32,000 nucleotides of DNA from Candidatus Nitrosopumilus koreensis AR1 (GCF_000299365.1 NC_018655.1:960001-992000); one strand, 5' to 3'. Shown: positions 8,967 to 18,393, counted from the stretch's first letter. The notes: a model not told the origin generated them from the letters alone. Numbers and translations: made by a program.

Positions 8967-9503
8967 ATGAAAGGAGAGTTAATCGAAAACAGAGTGATTG
9001 TTTGGAATATTGAAGATTCACGCAAACTTTTCAGTAATGGATACTATGGAAAACCCATTGGAATTCCAAAACCAAAAATTGAAGAAATTGATGCACCTCT
9101 AGTTTTAGATTTAATTGAGTCATTGTATTTATTAGAAAACAAAAAAATTTCAATATCAAAATCAAAACACAAAGTTTCAGTTGAACAGATGATAGAAATT
9201 TGTAAAAAAGAACATCATGATTTTGATAAAAAATATCTAGTTTACAAAAACTTTAGAGACAAAGGTTACATCATCAATCCTGGAATAAAGTTTGGTTGTG
9301 ATTTTGCAGTTTATGAGAAAGGGCCAGGAATAGATCATGCACCATTCTTAATCCAAGTGTATAATCGAAATGAACCAATAACATCAACAGGAATTGTACT
9401 TGCCGGAAGACTAGCAACAACAGTAAGAAAACAATTCATTTTAGCAATTCCCAAAGGTAAAGACAGTGTTGACTTTTTAGCTTTAGATTGGTGGAAAGCC
9501 TAG
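8967..9503 (+). CDS. endA: tRNA-splicing (tRNA-intron) endonuclease
   Basis: YLVYKNFRDKGYIINPGIKFGCDFAVYEKGPGIDHAPFLIQV with catalytic Tyr/His/Lys context (VRKQFILAI). Confidence 0.93.
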   Translation: MKGELIENRVIVWNIEDSRKLFSNGYYGKPIGIPKPKIEEIDAPLVLDLIESLYLLENKKISISKSKHKVSVEQMIEICKKEHHDFDKKYLVYKNFRDKGYIINPGIKFGCDFAVYEKGPGIDHAPFLIQVYNRNEPITSTGIVLAGRLATTVRKQFILAIPKGKDSVDFLALDWWKA

Positions 9504-9877
9504 ATTGATTTTATGTGACCTGCAATGCGGTCATAAATATCAAAAAGATCTTTTGTGATTCCAAAAGACAAATGATTATCCCATTTACTACGGATTCTTA
9601 CTGCTTTTTCTGTTGGCTCTACATAGATTGTTGCATCTTTTACTGACTGTTTTGCAATCATCTCATTGAGTTCTGTATCAGCATTTAGTTTAGAGGCAAG
9701 ACTTCCAGGTCCATCCCATTCTACTTTTTCAACGGTTTTTGCAGCAAAATGGCCACGTGTTTTTAATTTGGTTTTTGCAACAAAATTACCTACAGATGTT
9801 CCAACATCTTTTCTTACAATGAAGTGTGCTTGATATCTGTCTAGTGCGCCCCAAGGCATTGGATTTGGATCTTGCAT
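9500..9877 (-). CDS. hypothetical protein, 125 aa
   Basis: Intact ORF; 4-nt CTAG convergent stop overlap with endA. Confidence 0.65.
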   Translation of the reverse strand: MQDPNPMPWGALDRYQAHFIVRKDVGTSVGNFVAKTKLKTRGHFAAKTVEKVEWDGPGSLASKLNADTELNEMIAKQSVKDATIYVEPTEKAVRIRSKWDNHLSFGITKDLFDIYDRIAGHIKSI

Positions 9878-9879
9878 TT

Positions 9880-10116
9880 TTACCCCTTTTGAATAATTTG
9901 AATTACGTCTATGTTGGAGTTCTTGACATCAAGACATCCTCTATTAGTTATCATTCTTGCTGTGTGAGCAAAATATCTACTGTAATAATCACCTTGTTCA
10001 ACATCATCGGTTCCAATTTCTTTGGATTCAGAATCTACACCGATCTCTTTTAGCATACCACTAAATTTCTCAGGCCATGTTTGATAGACAAATGTATCTG
10101 GCTCTGTATCATGCAT
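9880..10116 (-). CDS. hypothetical protein, 78 aa
   Basis: Intact ORF directly upstream of and co-oriented with 9500..9877. Confidence 0.5.
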   Translation of the reverse strand: MHDTEPDTFVYQTWPEKFSGMLKEIGVDSESKEIGTDDVEQGDYYSRYFAHTARMITNRGCLDVKNSNIDVIQIIQKG

Positions 10117-10174
10117 AAAAAATCATGAATCATACCCACAAATAAAGATTAGTTGTGTATTTGATACATTAGAT

Positions 10175-10567
10175 CTAAATCGTAGTAATTGTTATTTCAT
10201 CAAACAATTCTTCGGCTTTTTTGATAATTCTCTTGTCATCGGCATCAGGTTCTGCAGTAATTAAAACAAGATTCTCTCCAATAGGGACACTAATTATCAG
10301 TTGATTTTTTCTCCTTGAGGCAATATAGTCAATAGGGCCCAGAATGTCATCTAGTTCTTGCCTCATGTTAAAGTCAAGCTGCATCTGCATGTATAGCATC
10401 CTTAACCTCTCATCTGGAAGCAAGGGCGTTATTCCTTTCTTAAAACCTCCTGCAACTAGTCTTCCTAATTCGTTTATGACTCCAACATAACGCACCTTTT
10501 CTTCTTCAAATAATTCAGTACAGGCCTTATCCAATTTCTTAAGATCATCAGCTGAAAGTAGAGCCAT
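10175..10567 (-). CDS. thaumarchaeal small protein family (DUF6659-like), 130 aa
   Basis: KVRYVGVINELGRLVAGGFKKGI...LLPDERLRMLYMQ...IVPIGENLVLITAEP-type pattern; paralogous with 28879..29259. Confidence 0.7.
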   Translation of the reverse strand: MALLSADDLKKLDKACTELFEEEKVRYVGVINELGRLVAGGFKKGITPLLPDERLRMLYMQMQLDFNMRQELDDILGPIDYIASRRKNQLIISVPIGENLVLITAEPDADDKRIIKKAEELFDEITITTI

Positions 10568-10709
10568 AATTCATTTTTGTATGATATTTAATATGTATTT
10601 CAAAAACCTAGTTTTCATTTTTTGTCTATGCAGGAATTCATTTGTTCCAGAGTCAGAATTATGCCAGGATCAATCCAATTAAATATTACAAAAGATTTGA
10701 GACTTTATC

Positions 10710-12476
10710 ATGCTAAAATTCCAAGATAAAGTTGCACTAGTTACAGGAAGTGGAACAGGTATTGGAAAAGCCATCGCAACAAAATTTGTAGAAAATGGTG
10801 CCAGTGTGATCATTCTCGGTCGAAGAAAAGAACCGTTACAAGAAGCTGCAGCAGAACTAGAGGGAAAAATCCCACAAGGAGTAAATGCAACAGTCAAAAT
10901 TTTTGCAGGAGTAGATGTTGCCGATGAGACAGCAATGAATGAAATGTTTGATACCCTAAAAAACGAAGGAGTAAATGTAGATTACATAATTAACAATGCA
11001 GGAGTTTCAGGACCAGTAACGTGTTTTGCAAACGCACCACTAGAGGAATTCAAAAGTACAGTTGGAATCCACTTAACTGGAACGTTTTGGGGTTCTGTGC
11101 AAGCACTAAAAGTTATGAAAGAAGGAGGAAAGATAATCACAATTTCGACATTCTTTACTGAAGAAAGGCCTTTAGAGCAAAGACCTTACAGATTTAGAAG
11201 TCCATATACTGCATCACAAGGGGCAAAGAACAGACTGGCTGAGGCCATGTCATGGGAATTAACAGATAAAGGAATAATATCAATTGCAACAAACCCAGGA
11301 CCAGTTCATTCAGATAGAATTTACAAGACAGTATATCCAAAAGCTGCAGCCGAGTTTATGAGAGTAAGTGGATTTGAAGATTTGAGTCCAGTTGAGGTTG
11401 AAGAGGCAAAAGATGATTTGCTAGAATGCATACAAGCAGAAGGAATAGACAAAGAGGGAGTTGCAAAGACAGCCGAAAAATTAGCAAACGGCAGAGATGT
11501 TGCAAAGTTAACGGAGACATTTACAAATCTATTAACCAAAATTCAAACTATAGCTGAAAAAGTTCAAAACAATACATCTCACATGATTGCAAACAGAGAA
11601 TTTTTGTCACAATCACAAGTTGCAGAATCAGTTCTGAATTTGTGTGATGATGAAATCGCAAAGATTCTAAACGGCAAAGTCATTCCAGGAGACAGAGTAT
11701 TTTATCCAGTAAAACCACACATTGGAACCACAACACCAGGAGTCCATCAACCAGATTTTAGTGGAAAAGCTGTAGTTTTCACTATTGATGGAACAGACAA
11801 AACAGATGCTGAGCGAGTAGAATTCTTGGCGGAACATGTTGAGAAAAATGGTGGTAAAGTTGCATGTTTCATTTCACAATCAACTCCTCAAGAAATTCAG
11901 GATTCTATCAGTGGAAAATTCCACTCACACGTTGTAGATATCAAAAACCCTGAAGAAGTAGAAAGATGGCTAAACACTGCCAAGACAAACATCGGAGACA
12001 TACTAGCAGTAGTTCACGTTACAGGGAAACTACCAGAAGTTGGAAAACTAACAGAATTAACCAGACCAGGATGGGAGGAGTTGGTTGCAAAATTCATCTC
12101 AACTCCAGCAACAGTTGCCCAAAGAGCACTAGAACAGTTTGTGCCAGGTGGAGGAAAAGACCCACGACTCTTCAAAGATACAACAGGGGCCATCATGATA
12201 ATTGGACCAGATTTGCCAATTGGACGTAAAGTAACAGGTACCCAAAGAGCACAAGTTGAAGTTTTCAGAGGAGCACTAAGACCATTTACAACTACAGTTA
12301 ATCAAGAACTAAGTGATGTTCTAAAATCAAAAATCAGGATGTTTACTATTTTCCCAGGTTCTGTTACTGGTTCAGAGCCAGACAATCAAAAAATTGCAGA
12401 TGCATTTAATTTCCTAGTATCTGAAAATGCTGCTTCATCATCTGAAGTAACTTTCTGTGTAGACGAATCAAGATAA
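10710..12476 (+). CDS. tandem-domain short-chain dehydrogenase/reductase, 588 aa
   Basis: N-terminal SDR: ALVTGSGTGIGKAIA, NNAGVSG, YTASQGAKN, NPGPVHSDRI. C-terminal degenerate second SDR-like domain: KAVVFTIDG...ILAVVHVTG...IMIIGPD...FRGALRPF...FTIFPGSVTGSE. Confidence 0.9.
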   Translation: MLKFQDKVALVTGSGTGIGKAIATKFVENGASVIILGRRKEPLQEAAAELEGKIPQGVNATVKIFAGVDVADETAMNEMFDTLKNEGVNVDYIINNAGVSGPVTCFANAPLEEFKSTVGIHLTGTFWGSVQALKVMKEGGKIITISTFFTEERPLEQRPYRFRSPYTASQGAKNRLAEAMSWELTDKGIISIATNPGPVHSDRIYKTVYPKAAAEFMRVSGFEDLSPVEVEEAKDDLLECIQAEGIDKEGVAKTAEKLANGRDVAKLTETFTNLLTKIQTIAEKVQNNTSHMIANREFLSQSQVAESVLNLCDDEIAKILNGKVIPGDRVFYPVKPHIGTTTPGVHQPDFSGKAVVFTIDGTDKTDAERVEFLAEHVEKNGGKVACFISQSTPQEIQDSISGKFHSHVVDIKNPEEVERWLNTAKTNIGDILAVVHVTGKLPEVGKLTELTRPGWEELVAKFISTPATVAQRALEQFVPGGGKDPRLFKDTTGAIMIIGPDLPIGRKVTGTQRAQVEVFRGALRPFTTTVNQELSDVLKSKIRMFTIFPGSVTGSEPDNQKIADAFNFLVSENAASSSEVTFCVDESR

Positions 12477-12478
12477 GA

Positions 12479-12928
12479 ATGAAGAAGTTTTCTGAATTCA
12501 GAGTAGGAGATTCATTTTATTCTACATGTAGTATTTCAGACAAAGAACTAGAAGAATATCTGAATTTTTCTAGAGTCAGAAACGCGTTCTTAGAAGACAA
12601 GCAAGGTGGAGAGCAAATAGTTTCAGGGCGAGCAATTTTATCAAGAATGGAAGGGGAATTTACAAGACTCAGTCAGATTTATGGAAATCACATTGTTTTT
12701 CTTGGAACAGATGGAGACCCAGATTGGGAAAATAGAAACACACGATTCCTCAAACCATTATACACCGATCAAGTGCTGAAATTAAAATTCACTATTTCAC
12801 AAACAGAAGATATCGACGATGAGTTTGGAAAGATTGCAGTAGACTATGAGGGAACAAACAATGAAGGAGAAATCATTGTACTTTCAAAAAGAAACATCTA
12901 CAGAATCAAAAAAGAGCCTCCACGATAA
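12479..12928 (+). CDS. MaoC/hot-dog-fold dehydratase-like protein, 149 aa
   Basis: FRVGDSFYSTCSISDKELEEYLNFS...IVSGRAILSRMEGEF...TRFLKPLYTDQVLKLKFTI; starts 2 nt after the SDR stop. Confidence 0.65.
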   Translation: MKKFSEFRVGDSFYSTCSISDKELEEYLNFSRVRNAFLEDKQGGEQIVSGRAILSRMEGEFTRLSQIYGNHIVFLGTDGDPDWENRNTRFLKPLYTDQVLKLKFTISQTEDIDDEFGKIAVDYEGTNNEGEIIVLSKRNIYRIKKEPPR

Positions 12929-13035
12929 AATCTAACGCAGAATGTGTAGTTAGATAATAGCTAAGTTACTAATTTTTTAGCTGCTTTACAAGCTGATTCT
13001 ATTAACACACAGAACATACATAGTTGTAGATGAGA

Positions 13036-13215
13036 ATGTACAGAAAAGAGCCTGATTACTTGAAAGAGTTTAGCACTGCGGTAGATGAAAACCACACCAT
13101 AGAACACCTAGAAGAATTCATGTCAGATATGGCAAGCGGTTTTCAAAGATGCGAGCACAAGTTTTCCCATAATGGTACCATTTCATGCATAAAATGTGGA
13201 AAAACTATGATGTAA
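13036..13215 (+). CDS. small putative zinc-binding protein, about 59-61 aa
   Basis: C-terminal CEHKFSHNGTISCIKCGKTMM (potential C/H...CxxC ligand set); the track start at 13030 is alternative. Confidence 0.55.
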   Translation: MYRKEPDYLKEFSTAVDENHTIEHLEEFMSDMASGFQRCEHKFSHNGTISCIKCGKTMM

Positions 13216-13294
13216 TACATGCTTTTAAATCATTTAGAAATACTAGAATAATTTCTTAGTAAATTACTTTAATGAAAAACAACAATTTGAATTC

Positions 13295-13390
13295 ATGATG
13301 AAAAATTATACTTGTTCTAGTTGTTTAGAGAAATTTTCCATTATAGAATTAGAATCTCATTTAAAAAAATACCATTTTTGGAGCAATTAG
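13295..13390 (+). CDS. 31-aa single C2H2-type zinc-finger microprotein
   Basis: MMKNYTCSSCLEKFSIIELESHLKKYHFWSN; C-x2-C-x11-H-x4-H; hand-translated, absent from the ORF track. Confidence 0.6.
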   Translation: MMKNYTCSSCLEKFSIIELESHLKKYHFWSN

Positions 13391-14184
13391 AGAGCTTTCA
13401 TGTGTTTATACAGTGCATAAATGATTAGCATAAATGCAGCAGACCAAAGAGAATTGATTGGATGGTTATGCGTAAAAGCCTCTATTGTTTCCAGATAATA
13501 ATAGATAGAGTCAGCTACAGTCCACAAAAATATTCCTAGTGCTAATAACAACCAAGTTTCTTTGAGAACAGAGTGACGAAAAACGCTTACACCTATAACT
13601 GCAAAAGCAAGAGTTACAGATATTCCAATAACAAAGATATTACTATAAGCCAGATCAAATAAAAGCTCATCATAAACTCCCCAAGCTTCATACGCAACTA
13701 CAGTAAAACTGCCAACTGCAACAATTGGAATGATGACAAGTGTGGCTTTCATAGCCGTACTCCATTGGGGTTTGAAGAATCTGGTGTTAAGTGAAAGATG
13801 CAAGATTGCAAAAACATAGTTTGCAGCAAAACCTGCATCAAATGGAGATGGCCAAGGATCAATGTCTAAAACAAACTGTTGATAGTAATACCCAAGGTCA
13901 CCAATAAACCAAGCAAAGAATCCCAATCCCAAAAACAGATATGCTTTTCCAAGCATTTCAGAGCCATGATATTTTTTGGCAACTACGATTGAAAATGCAC
14001 CAACTGTGGCAATGCCAGCCATGTAAAATCCATCTTTTATATCAAAATGAGTGCCCTCAAAAAAGTAAAAACCATAAAGAAGATCAACTATAGTAAGCCC
14101 TACAATTAACGCAATAATCTTGTAATTTATCCCGTGAGAAGTTTGCCCAATAGGGCTGCTGGCAGTTACTCCTTCATTACTCAT
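13387..14184 (-). CDS. multi-pass membrane protein of unknown function, 265 aa
   Basis: About 7 hydrophobic helices (IIALIVGLTIVDLLYGFYF ... LWSAAFMLIIYALYKHM). Confidence 0.85.
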   Translation of the reverse strand: MSNEGVTASSPIGQTSHGINYKIIALIVGLTIVDLLYGFYFFEGTHFDIKDGFYMAGIATVGAFSIVVAKKYHGSEMLGKAYLFLGLGFFAWFIGDLGYYYQQFVLDIDPWPSPFDAGFAANYVFAILHLSLNTRFFKPQWSTAMKATLVIIPIVAVGSFTVVAYEAWGVYDELLFDLAYSNIFVIGISVTLAFAVIGVSVFRHSVLKETWLLLALGIFLWTVADSIYYYLETIEAFTHNHPINSLWSAAFMLIIYALYKHMKAL

Positions 14185-14262
14185 TTGACGGGACTACATA
14201 AGGGATGAATAAATTAGTTTATGTCATCTATTAATTAATGATATTACTTTTATATGAAAAAC

Positions 14263-17043
14263 TTATTCAACGTCAGCAAATTTGGACCAGAAATTTTTCC
14301 AACCATAAGAATAATCAACAGCAGCTCTTGTAGCCAAAGCTATTAACAACATTAAGAATATAGACAAATTTTGTGTCCACCCATCATCAACATACGCAGG
14401 AGACACATATGCATAATGTATTGAAAATATCCATGCAAACATACCTATTATAATATCAAAAACTATCCATTCCAAATAAACAGGAGCATCCCTAACTTCA
14501 TCCCTCATATCATTCCAAGTAAAGATTGTTACCCATGCAGCATCAATGAAAACTAAAACCATCAAAAAACTAAGAAATGCATTAACATCACCTATACTTG
14601 CTGCTAAAAAGTAAACAACAATAGCTTGTAGTAAAATTACTAGAAAATTTACAAAGATTAATGGTTTATTTCCTAAAGTTAATTCCTCAGATGCATTTGC
14701 CGATAAAAAAATAACCCCTTGATGATAAAATAGTATACCAAGAGGAAAAAAACATAATAAAAGAATTATCATGTATTGATAATCTATAAAATTAGATTTT
14801 AGGAAATAATAGTCTGCATGATAGCAGTCATCAGCACCAAATTCCCCACAGTTTGCAGGTAATTGTAATGTATCAATAACAATATCCAAAGAATTTGTTA
14901 ACGCAACTGAAATTATTAGTGCAAAAACTACTCCAAAGAATACAATAGCTTTACCAGCTTTTACACCTTCAGGAAATCCAAATGATTTCACTATGCCGTG
15001 AACTGCACGAATTGTTCTATTTTTGTTCCATGCAACTTCAGTAGGATCTGGTTGAGGTTCTTTTTTCAACCAACTTTTGAATATTTTGTTGTAGTTTTTA
15101 TTTAATTTTTCAGAAATTGGTTCATCAGCTACTTCTATACCAGCATGCCTGTCTTTGTCCTTTTTACCATCCTCTTTCCATTTATAATAAATCGATCCCA
15201 TTGCCCTCCAATCAGAAGTATCCCATTCATTACGATCAATAAGCTTACATTGAATATTGTTAATTTTTTCACGTATCTCTTCATTAGAGTCCACAGTACA
15301 TTCAGGTACGATATCATCAAGATTCACATCAAAATCATTTTCGTCACTAGTCTTAGTACCAAACAATTTGTGCTCTATAGTTTCTATAGAATCAGTTACA
15401 ATAGATTTCAACTTCATTGCATCAACGTTTTTTTCTTGTAGTTCATTTGTACCACTAGTCTTAGTACCAAACAATTTGTGCCCTATAGTTTCTATAGAAT
15501 CAGTTACAATAGATTTCAACTTCATTGCATCAACGTTTTTTTCTTGTAGTTCATTTGTACCACCTGCATAGGGTACAGATAATTTGTTTTCGATAGTTTC
15601 TATAACACCTATTATTGTGGACTCTAAATCAATTCCACCAACATCTTTTTGTTGGGAGTCTTTTTTGACTCTAATTTTTTCAGTGGTGTGTAATTTTGCA
15701 TCTGCCAGAAGCCATCTAGTTGTTGCTTTTTCCAGACCACGTCTAAAATTTATCATCACAGCATAATATGCAACATCATTCTGAATTTTTCGTAGCAATA
15801 TTTTCTTTAATTCTTGAATTTTTTTTCCATCTTCAATGAAAATAGTCAATTCATTTAAAATTGCATCCAAGACTGTTTGATTATTTTCTAAATTCTTAAT
15901 AGACAATAAATTATTTCTAGAACTAAGTTTTCGTATTCGAAGTTTGGTATTTGTTAGTTTGGATTCAGTATCTTTTAATTCCGAAGATTTTAGCTTTTCT
16001 GAATTTGTTTTTAAAGTGTCTAAATCTTCCCCCATTTTTATTTTTATTTTATAATTCTTATCATATTCATTTGATTTATCTTCACGTTCTTTAGTTATTT
16101 TTTTTATTTTTTCATCAATTATTGTTTTTATAGCATCCAAATAATTTTCAGGAGTACTAGTTTTTTTAAATTCATTTTTTAATTTTTCTAAGATAAACAT
16201 TTTTTTCTTCAATACAACAATTTGATCATTGATTTCCTTCAATTCTTTGGTTTTTTTTATTAATTCAACTTTCTTTTCCCCTATATCATTATCAAGATCT
16301 TTGATGTTTTTAGGTTTTATTTTATCCAATTTTTTTTGTAATGTTATAAGATATTTTTCTTTAGCACTCAATTCATTTTGTATTTGTGTCTTAGTCATCT
16401 CCAATTCTTTTTTGATTTCAGAATTACTCATGTCAGGAACTAATTCAGGATTTGCAAAAAGTTCTAAACTACGATCCTTTTTTGGAATGAATTCACCTTC
16501 GTCATCTTTTTCAAAAACAATGCCTCCATCATTTTTATTTTCATAATTAATTTCATTCCATTCAGGCCATAATTTTTCAAATCCAATTTCATAAAACCGG
16601 TAGTCTATTTTTTCAGTAAATACATTATACCATTTTTCATTTTCATCAATAGGTTTCCAATCCAATAGGTCTTCTGTTTTTATCTCAAGTGCTTTTCCAT
16701 CATTAGATTCTTTTTTAAATGTACGACGATAAAATTCCTTTAATTTAGAATAGTCATTCTTGTCATCAACAAATTGAAAAAATTTTAAATCAAATTCAAG
16801 TTTATCATTTGCTAATTTTTCCAACCACGGGGTATATGAGGTATAGCCTTTTCGTGATAAATAGACAGTTAAAATCAAAAGAGACATCGCTATACCAAAT
16901 GCAATGTATATCCTATCTTGATATTCAAATGACTTTAGGTGTTTGTAAATACTTTCTTCTAACTCTATTCCTTCTAGTTCAGGATTTTTTTTTACAATTA
17001 GTTCTTTTGTGGTAACATATTCATGATTAGAAAATTCTAGCAA
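14263..17043 (-). CDS. large coiled-coil protein with one N-terminal TM helix and a C-terminal multi-TM domain, 926 aa, unknown function
   Basis: N-terminal helix YIAFGIAMSLLILTVYL; about 250-aa K/E-rich coiled coil; C-terminal hydrophobic segments AIVFFGVVFALIISVAL, YMIILLLCFFPLGILF, PLIFVNFLVILLQAIVVYFLAA, LSFLMVLVFIDAAWVTIF, WIVFDIIIGMFAWIF, LSIFLMLLIALATRAAV. Confidence 0.9.
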   Translation of the reverse strand: MLEFSNHEYVTTKELIVKKNPELEGIELEESIYKHLKSFEYQDRIYIAFGIAMSLLILTVYLSRKGYTSYTPWLEKLANDKLEFDLKFFQFVDDKNDYSKLKEFYRRTFKKESNDGKALEIKTEDLLDWKPIDENEKWYNVFTEKIDYRFYEIGFEKLWPEWNEINYENKNDGGIVFEKDDEGEFIPKKDRSLELFANPELVPDMSNSEIKKELEMTKTQIQNELSAKEKYLITLQKKLDKIKPKNIKDLDNDIGEKKVELIKKTKELKEINDQIVVLKKKMFILEKLKNEFKKTSTPENYLDAIKTIIDEKIKKITKEREDKSNEYDKNYKIKIKMGEDLDTLKTNSEKLKSSELKDTESKLTNTKLRIRKLSSRNNLLSIKNLENNQTVLDAILNELTIFIEDGKKIQELKKILLRKIQNDVAYYAVMINFRRGLEKATTRWLLADAKLHTTEKIRVKKDSQQKDVGGIDLESTIIGVIETIENKLSVPYAGGTNELQEKNVDAMKLKSIVTDSIETIGHKLFGTKTSGTNELQEKNVDAMKLKSIVTDSIETIEHKLFGTKTSDENDFDVNLDDIVPECTVDSNEEIREKINNIQCKLIDRNEWDTSDWRAMGSIYYKWKEDGKKDKDRHAGIEVADEPISEKLNKNYNKIFKSWLKKEPQPDPTEVAWNKNRTIRAVHGIVKSFGFPEGVKAGKAIVFFGVVFALIISVALTNSLDIVIDTLQLPANCGEFGADDCYHADYYFLKSNFIDYQYMIILLLCFFPLGILFYHQGVIFLSANASEELTLGNKPLIFVNFLVILLQAIVVYFLAASIGDVNAFLSFLMVLVFIDAAWVTIFTWNDMRDEVRDAPVYLEWIVFDIIIGMFAWIFSIHYAYVSPAYVDDGWTQNLSIFLMLLIALATRAAVDYSYGWKNFWSKFADVE
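15345..15563. repeat. tandem direct repeat, period 108 bp, about 2 copies, inside the 926-aa CDS
   Basis: Unit from 15350 (gtcttagtaccaaacaatttgtg...) recurs at 15458; essentially one mismatch (tgcTctatag/tgcCctatag). Encodes GTNELQEKNVDAMKLKSIVTDSIETI(G/E)HKLFGTKTS twice. Confidence 0.95.
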
Positions 17044-17242
17044 AATTTCATTTTTTGACGAAGCATGATTATCATCGATTGGAAATACAATAAAAGGTAA
17101 AAAATAAAAAATACTCCAAATAATAAGATAATTTCAATTTTTGTGAACTCAATATCCTCTATATAATTATCCACAAGAATGATGAAAACTAATATGATAA
17201 AACTTTATTCATATGTTACATTTTTCATACAAAAATAACTAC

Positions 17243-18055
17243 TCAAGACAGTTTTGCCTCTTGAAATGGCACACTTTGTTCCCAGCACCATTCAAAATAG
17301 TCACAACACCATTCACGAAACTTTGGATCGGCACTATAAAACATCTGACTCAGATCAATGGTTCCCTCAAGATCAGAGAAAAATACGGCTGCCTCCTTAT
17401 CAGTAACTAAAACAGCAATATCGACATCCTTTTTGATTTTCCTCTTCAAGTTTCCGCTCTGGATGTATTTTTGAAATCCTTTTTCTTCAAAGATTTTTTT
17501 CCGCTCTTCAGGAATTATGACATCGTCTGAAAAAATTGAATGGATTTCAATTTTATTTTTTAATTGCTTTGAAATGACTTCTACAACATCTCCAGAGTAT
17601 GGAACTTCAGACAAAATATTGTAGATGTATTTTTTAGCGTTTTCATGAATTTGACGCCACTTTTCCAAAGTTTTCACATATCCTTTGATATTTTTTTTAT
17701 TTGTTAATGCACCTAGTCTTTGAATAAATTTTGCATCGAGATTTCCCAATGTGTGCTTGCTAAAATATGATTTATTGTCAGAAAAGAAAGTGATAGAAGG
17801 AATTTGAACTAGTACTGCCTTACCATATGTAGTTAAGCTGTAATTTCCATCAGTGTCTTTTTCGATTAATCCAGATTTAGACAGTCGGGACACATTTCTA
17901 TGAATTTCAGGTTTAGTTGCATCCAAAATCTCTGCAAGTTTAGAATTGTTGAGTTTATTTTTTGATAGTTTTTGCAAAATATCTAGTCGCTGTTCACTAG
18001 CTAATTCAAACAATTCAGAAGATATACTTTCAGAATCCCAACTCACAAAAAGCAT
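17243..18055 (-). CDS. winged-helix (ArsR-like) transcriptional regulator with FilR1/DUF1724-like C-terminal domain
   Basis: ELASEQRLDILQKLSKNKLNNSKLAEILDATKPEIHRNVSRLSKSGLIEK; C-terminal half AVLVTDKEAAVFFSDLEGTIDLSQMFYSADPKFREWCCDYFEWCW. Confidence 0.85.
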   Translation of the reverse strand: MLFVSWDSESISSELFELASEQRLDILQKLSKNKLNNSKLAEILDATKPEIHRNVSRLSKSGLIEKDTDGNYSLTTYGKAVLVQIPSITFFSDNKSYFSKHTLGNLDAKFIQRLGALTNKKNIKGYVKTLEKWRQIHENAKKYIYNILSEVPYSGDVVEVISKQLKNKIEIHSIFSDDVIIPEERKKIFEEKGFQKYIQSGNLKRKIKKDVDIAVLVTDKEAAVFFSDLEGTIDLSQMFYSADPKFREWCCDYFEWCWEQSVPFQEAKLS

Positions 18056-18250
18056 GAAAAAAGATCAGACAAAAAGGTTACTATGACAATTAAGATTCAG
18101 GCCAATTGCCATTGCATTCTAAGCACATTCCACGCATTCCAGAATAACGTACTTCATCGACAATTATTGCTGGTTTATGACAAGCTAAACAAATAGTATA
18201 ACACATTATTCGCATATTAGTAAAATAGGACTATTTTCATAAATATTTCA

Positions 18251-18272
18251 ATTAACAAAAATGTTAATTGTT
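18251..18272. promoter_or_regulatory. perfect inverted repeat CAATTAACA-AAAA-TGTTAATTG
   Basis: 9-bp arms with 4-nt spacer in the 338-bp intergenic region between a regulator (-) and a cyclase-like gene (+); candidate operator. Confidence 0.45.
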
Positions 18273-18393
18273 ACAATAGTAGCTAATGAAAATTAATCTA
18301 TATTACGCACAAAACCATCAAAAATTACAAAATTATACAAAAAAGTTCCCATAACATTAAAAATTATCTTCATAAAATAAGAAATGAATTGTA

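Noticed and set aside
11321-12229. ORFs 11321..11539 (-), 11966..12229 (+) and 12014..12196 (-) within the SDR gene
   Set aside because: Overlap a convincing 588-aa CDS and show no recognisable family; shadow ORFs.
15345-15563. 108-bp direct repeat as a CRISPR or mobile-element signature
   Set aside because: Only two contiguous copies with no spacers, in-frame with the CDS; protein-level tandem duplication explains it.
15135-16546. Multiple antisense ORFs within the 926-aa CDS
   Set aside because: Antisense of the coiled-coil and repeat region; their composition (Phe/Ser/Ile-rich) is what the reverse of K/E-rich codons produces.
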